A stretch of DNA of 64,000 nucleotides from Octopus vulgaris (lineage: Eukaryota). The stretch is taken from NCBI GenBank assembly GCA_951406725.2, contig OX597826.1, positions 8,680,001-8,744,000 on the forward strand. Reading direction: 5' to 3'. The notes under the pieces are model-generated. The model saw only the letters and a program-made list of their open reading frames with translations, was not told the origin of the DNA and ran no database searches. Shown here piece by piece: positions 58,501 through 64,000 of this stretch (positions are counted from its first letter, which is position 1; each line of letters opens with the position of its first letter). A program made the position numbers and the translations under genes.

Positions 58501-58654
58501 TTGTCCAAGGGAGGTAATTGTCCTGATACGATTACATTAACCCCCAGTTCTGAACTGGAACTTGCTTTATCGGGCAATCCAGTTATGACTATCCCATTTC
58601 TTCTACTGAGCTGGGAACTTAGAACCACATTATACAATGTGCTTTTAACTAAGA

Positions 58655-58896
58655 CAATGGACCCGGGAACAGGGGGTGCGCTTACGCCCCCTAATATTTT
58701 TGTAGGGTGAAAAATCAAAATTTACACTCCTACTTACTTTTCTCATGTTTAGAAAACTGAGTAAAAAGTGATTCGTAAAAAGTAACTTGAATTAGAACAA
58801 GGAACATGAATAAATTTTAAAAAACATGACCTTATTTGTAAATATTTTTTAACCTGGCTTTGCACCCACTAAGCAAATTTCGTTCCCGAGCCAGTG
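58655..58896. mobile_element. MITE with CA...TG ends and a 7-bp TSD
   Basis: CAATGGACCCGGGAAC / GTTCCCGAGCCAGTG. ACTAAGA occurs at 58648-58654 and 58897-58903. Confidence 0.7.
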
Positions 58897-59124
58897 ACTA
58901 AGACAAAATAATTTTAGGGAAATTCGGTTGCTATTTCTAACAGATAGAACGGTCACGTAGAGTTCAACTCGTTCACTGTTTATAATGTATAGCATTATTT
59001 TTCTTTCCCTTTATCGTTCTCTTGTTTTAGTCATTGGACAGCAGCCATGTTGGAGCGCTACTTTGTACGGTTTAATCGAACTAATAGACATTTAGACATA
59101 AACAAACCAACACTGGTTACCAAG

Positions 59125-59455
59125 CAATGGCTCTCAGCCGGGTCAATATGGCCCCTGAGGGTCCATATAATATTTTAAGGGTCCACACATCAAAATAATA
59201 AATTGGGAATCCCACTAGTTTTTTAAGGACCCGTGAAAACAATCTTGCTTTAGATGTATGTATTGGTATATATTGCAAGAAACAGCTAGGTTTCTTTCTC
59301 TAACATTTTACACAGAGAAAGAGTGAAAAGCAAATAGGAATTTTGACAGAAATTTCTTTAAAACTAGTTTTCAAACATCGAATGGCTACGGGGCTCCACT
59401 AGAAAAAAATAGTAATCAAAGGGGTCCTCAGATAAAACATGGTGGAGAACTCTTG
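59125..59455. mobile_element. Old hAT (Charlie-type) MITE
   Basis: Ends CAATGGCTCTCAGCC / GGTGGAGAACTCTTG resemble CAGTGGTTCTCAACC-type TIRs, and GGGTCCA-like motifs repeat internally. No TSD is seen. Confidence 0.5.
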
Positions 59456-59469
59456 CTACGGAGAATATC

Positions 59470-60148
59470 ATTGGACGTAGGAACAACGTTGTTCTAAATG
59501 TAGGAATAGCACTCCATCGTGATCCTCACCCAAGCCTTGTAGAGTCTTAGACCTTGTTGAGAGCTGAAGTATCTCCTGGCCCTAAAGAGAGGAGCTCATA
59601 TCCGAGACGCTATCCTATACTTCTGCCAAAGGATGCACCTTTGGCAGAAGAGAACAGAAGTGTTAGCGAGGCCCAGCAGCTGGAGCGATTGTGAGGGGTT
59701 CAGTTGAGTGCCGCTCATGTCTGGAGTGGATGTGGTACGATGATGTTCTTTCGATATTAGTAGCACTTGAGTTTCCTGCTCTTCCAAGAGACACGATTGG
59801 CATGGCTCCATTAGAAAGCGTTGTTATAGTTTCCATAAATGAAATCATTGAAGGTTCCGATTTGTGAAGTCTAGGATGCATATGGATTATGCATGTTCAG
59901 GGAACGTTGGAGAGGAAAGGAGGGTCGTGTCACCTGCCGATGAGTGAGCATTTTTGGATGTAGTAGTACGTAGATCATTGATTTAGAAAAGCAAGAGATT
60001 GGGGATGGAGAGGAGAGAGACTTAGGGGAACATTGGAGTTTATTGAGGGTGGGGAAGAAATGGTTTCCTCAATACATACCTCAAGGGTACGATTTGAAAG
60101 GAAACTGCTGATCCAGGAGATAAGTGATGGGTGTTGCCCGTAGGTTGG
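59470..60148 (-). pseudogene. Decayed reverse-transcriptase fragment of a CR1/Jockey-group LINE
   Basis: YGQHPSLISWISSFLSNRT..SINSNVP.., then ..NDL..SAGDTTL (degenerate YADD region), and LRLYKAWVRITMECYSYI. It is frameshifted. Confidence 0.75.
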
Positions 60149-60609
60149 TATACACACGCGCACATATATATGCGTATAGATATATCTATATCTGTGCTTG
60201 TGTGCGTGTGTTTGTGTGTGTGATCATATATTTCTCTGATGACAGTTGCGGAAAAAGAAATATAGCTATTCACTGATTATATACGTATAAGCGTAGATAA
60301 ATCATTTGCGCTTTTCCTGTCAATAAATAATTCACAAAACTGTTCAAATATTCGTCATTAACTACGAAAATGATATGTGAATATAATTTACAGAAATGCG
60401 ATCTTACAAAACGAACATTTGTGTGTGTGTGTGTGTGTGTGTAAAAGGATTTAACAGCTTGTTTGATATGTAAACATATTCATATTTAAAACAATATCTT
60501 ATTAGCTCGTGTATGTATGTACAAAGAGGAACATTAAAATTAAAAATAGGCTACATATACTCAAATAAAAATATATATATATACATATATATATATACGT
60601 GTATGAGTG

Positions 60610-60651
<42 letters not shown>

Positions 60652-60985
60652 TGCACACACACACTCACACACACATACACACACATGTATATATCTATGT
60701 ATGTATGTATATTTCCGGGCACGAATTCGTGCTTCAAACAATCCAACATTTAAAATGAAAAAATTAAAGCACGTGAAGTTGTCAACAGAGGAAGAGATGT
60801 AGAAAGAATCGTAAAAGAAATGTGTTCCTTTTTTTTTAATATTCTATCCAGGCCAAAAAATCCGAAAAGGAAAACCGGAAAGATTCCAATTCAATGGAAA
60901 TGTTCATAAATCATTTCCGAGTTCTCAGTCTGTAAATTATTTTTCATACATGCACTAAGGTATATGTACGTGTATGTATGTATAC

Positions 60986-61059
<74 letters not shown>

Positions 61060-61125
61060 ACACACATGCATTAATTCACATACATATACGCATATGAATA
61101 AATGTCTATGATTCTGCATATGTAC

Positions 61126-61169
<44 letters not shown>

Positions 61170-62056
61170 ACATATACAAACTGATGTATATATATATATA
61201 TATACAAACTTATGTATATATATATATACATATACAAACTTATGTATATATATATTTTAGATATAAATATTTGTGTATAAACGTATACATATGCGTATAT
61301 CTATATAAAAATGCGTATATAAATATATGTATGTATTTATGTATGTAGGTATGTATGTATGTATGTATGTATATATATATATATATATGTACATGTGCAT
61401 ATATGTATATATGTACGCATATATATAAATATATATATACCTATGTACGTATATATATATATATATATACATATACACAGACACACGAACATGTATATAT
61501 GCACACATATAAATATGTATATGTATATACATATGTATATGTGTGTGTGTGTCTATGTGTGTTCTTGCGTCTAGGTGTCTATACATATGTATATGCGTGT
61601 ATGTGTGCATGCATGTCTGTGTGTGAATGCATGTGTGAGCGCGTGTGCACGTGCGTATGTGTGTGTGTGTGTGTGTTTGTGTGTATGTGTGTGTGTGTGT
61701 GTATGTGTGTGTGTATGTGTGTATGAGCTGCAATGTTTGTATTACCAAACAACTGTACTTGGTGATCCGCTGAACCGGAGACTGCAATTGTTGGTTTATA
61801 GTATAATTTCTAATAATTTATTGAAGTATAAGTGTTATGTTACAGCAATTGAAGATTGGTAGCGATGGGAGGAAGGGTGACGGTGGAAGGTGTTGGTAGA
61901 TAGTTGGTGATGTAGGGAGTGTAGAGACACGATGGAAGGGCAGGGGTGCAGGGATGTTCGGTTGTAATCATTCCCGAAGATTTCGTTGGTGTCAATAATG
62001 TTGGTTAAACACTGTGATAAGCATGGCGGAAGTGATAGTGAAGATTGTGGTTAGAC

Positions 62057-62635
62057 TGGTGGTGGTGGTGGTGGTGGTGGTGGTGGTGGTGGTTAGTGGT
62101 GGTGGTGGTGGTGGTGGTGGTGGTGGTGGTGGTGGATGGTGGGTGGTGGTGGATGGTGGTGGTGGTGGTGGTGGTGGTGGTGGTGGTGGTGGTGGTGGTG
62201 GTGGTGGTGGTGGTGGTGGTGGTGGTGGTGGTGGTGGTGGTGGTGGTGGTGGTGGTGGTGGTGGTGGTGGTGGTTGAAAGTGATGGTGGTGGTGGTGGTC
62301 GTCGTCGTCGTCGTCGTTGTGGCGTTGATGTTGATGGCGATGGTCGTGGTCCTAATGATGGCGTGATGGTGGTGCTGAGGATGTGGTGGTAGTAATGGTG
62401 ATGATGATTAAGAAGATGATGATAGTGGTGGCAATGATGATGATGATGATGATGATGATTATGATTATGATAAGGAGGAGGAGGGAGAAAATGGTGATGA
62501 TCTTGATCACGAGCATGATAATGGTCATGATGATGACGACGATGGGATGAAGGATTATGGTGATTGTAAAAATAATGATGATGCTGCTCCTCATAATATA
62601 GACGGCAACAGGACCTTAAAGAACAGTGACAAAGA

Positions 62636-62708
<73 letters not shown>

Positions 62709-63105
62709 TATAGTAGTAGTAGTAGTAGTTACAGTAGTAGTAGTAGGAGGAGGAGGAGGAGGAGGAGGAGGAGCAGTAGCAGTAGTAGTTGTAGCAGCAG
62801 TAGTAGTAGTAGCAGCAGCAGCAGCACCAGTAGTTGTAGTAGTAGTAGTAGTTGCAGCAGCAGCAGCAGCAATAGCGGCAGTGGCAACAGTAATGACAAC
62901 AATAATCGCAGGTACCACAGCAGCAGCAGCAGCAGCACTGTGGTGGTGGTGGTGGTGGTGGTGGTGATGGTAGTGGTGGTAGTGGTGGCGGCGGTGACGG
63001 CGGTGCAGTGGAGATGCTGCTGGTGGTGGTGGTGCTGGTGCTGGCGCTGGTGGTGATGATGATGTTGACGATGAAGACTATGATGACGATGGTGATGACG
63101 ATGCA
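62057..63105. repeat. Large compound trinucleotide array (GGT)(GAT)(AGT)(AGG)(AGC)
   Basis: Read directly from the sequence. It explains the 385-aa low-complexity ORF. Confidence 0.92.
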
Positions 63106-63556
63106 AGTAAAAGTGACAAAAACGAGAATGGTAACATCAACAGGAAACTTTATCGAAATCATTTTTTGTCTCCAAAGTGATTAACAACAATAAACAACAA
63201 AAGCGCAAAATACACTCAAAAATCTGACTATGAAAGCTCAAAATTGTAGATTATAAAAAGAAACATCGTCTCAAAAATAAACACATTTTATATTAATTTT
63301 TTTTCCCCCATTATTTCGAAAAATTTACAAAATATATAGATTTATGTTGTGGAAACATTTTTATAAACAAACATTGAAACGCCGGGTGAGTTGATGTTTT
63401 AGAAATGAAGGAAATTTCGAACGCAGGAGAATAGCCGTGGAAACAGCTTAGGGGATCGAATATAAGGATACCCTTCGACGAGACGGGTAAGAAGTGGCCA
63501 GCAAATTCGAGTAATCAATGGTCCTTTTTTGGATTCTCTTAGCTGTTTTGACAGCT

Positions 63557-63702
63557 AAGCGGAGGAGTTGCTGTGTGGTAAGTAGCTTGCTTACCAACCA
63601 CATGGTTCCGGGTTCAGTCCCACTGCATGGCACCTTGACTAAGTGTCTTCTACTATAGCCTTGTGAGTGGATTTCGTAGACGGAAACTGAAAGAAGCCTG
63701 TC

Positions 63703-63766
<64 letters not shown>

Positions 63767-63978
63767 GTTTGTGTGTCTGGGTTTGTCCACCATCACCCCT
63801 CAACATCGCTTGAAAACCGATGCTGGTGTGTTTACGTCCCCGTAACTTAGCAGTTCGGCAAAAGAGACCGATAGAATAACTACTAGGCTTACAAAGAATA
63901 AGTCCTGGAGTCGATTTGCTCGACTAAAGGTGGAGCTCCAGCCTGGCCGCAGTCAAATGACTGAAACAAGTAAAAGAG
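63557..63978 (+). mobile_element. SINE family A copy with a small internal deletion
   Basis: Runs from GGAGTTGCTGTGTGGTAAGTAGCTTGCTTACC to GACTGAAACAAGTAAAAGAG. It lacks the segment between the two AGCCT motifs. Confidence 0.9.
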
Positions 63979-64000
63979 CTATTCTCCTGATTTCAGGATT

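Noticed and set aside
58350-58530. Repeated GGGG.AATTGTCC motifs with inverted partners (possible MITE or G-quadruplex)
   Set aside because: No clear TIR or TSD boundaries and no second copy in the window.
62005-63162. 385-aa His/Cys/Thr-rich ORF
   Set aside because: It is the translation of a compound microsatellite.

Overview
This window is eukaryotic, AT-rich, repeat-dominated DNA, either intergenic or intronic. The SINE families and extreme microsatellite load resemble octopus (coleoid cephalopod) DNA, which is an inference from recall and was not verified. No intact host gene can be supported, and almost all ORFs in the track are translations of (TA)n, (CA)n, (CT)n, (GATA)n or trinucleotide microsatellites. 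Real content: two abundant tRNA-type SINE families plus a third short repeat, two copies of a non-autonomous Helitron, several MITEs (some with target-site duplications), decayed mariner and hAT-like transposases, and LINE fragments (R4/Dong-like, Tx1/L1-like, CR1/Jockey-group, RTE-like). The most interesting signal is a set of hammerhead-ribozyme-bearing Penelope-type elements. (i) A GIY-YIG endonuclease fragment is followed by a minimal U3-A8 hammerhead (7271-8000). (ii) A non-coding 535-nt unit with terminal redundancy, a perfect 114-bp inverted arm and an intact-core hammerhead sits inside (TA)n (44953-45619). (iii) A tRNA-headed element carries a decayed hammerhead (40807-41175). All coordinates were read by eye and boundaries of decayed repeats are approximate.
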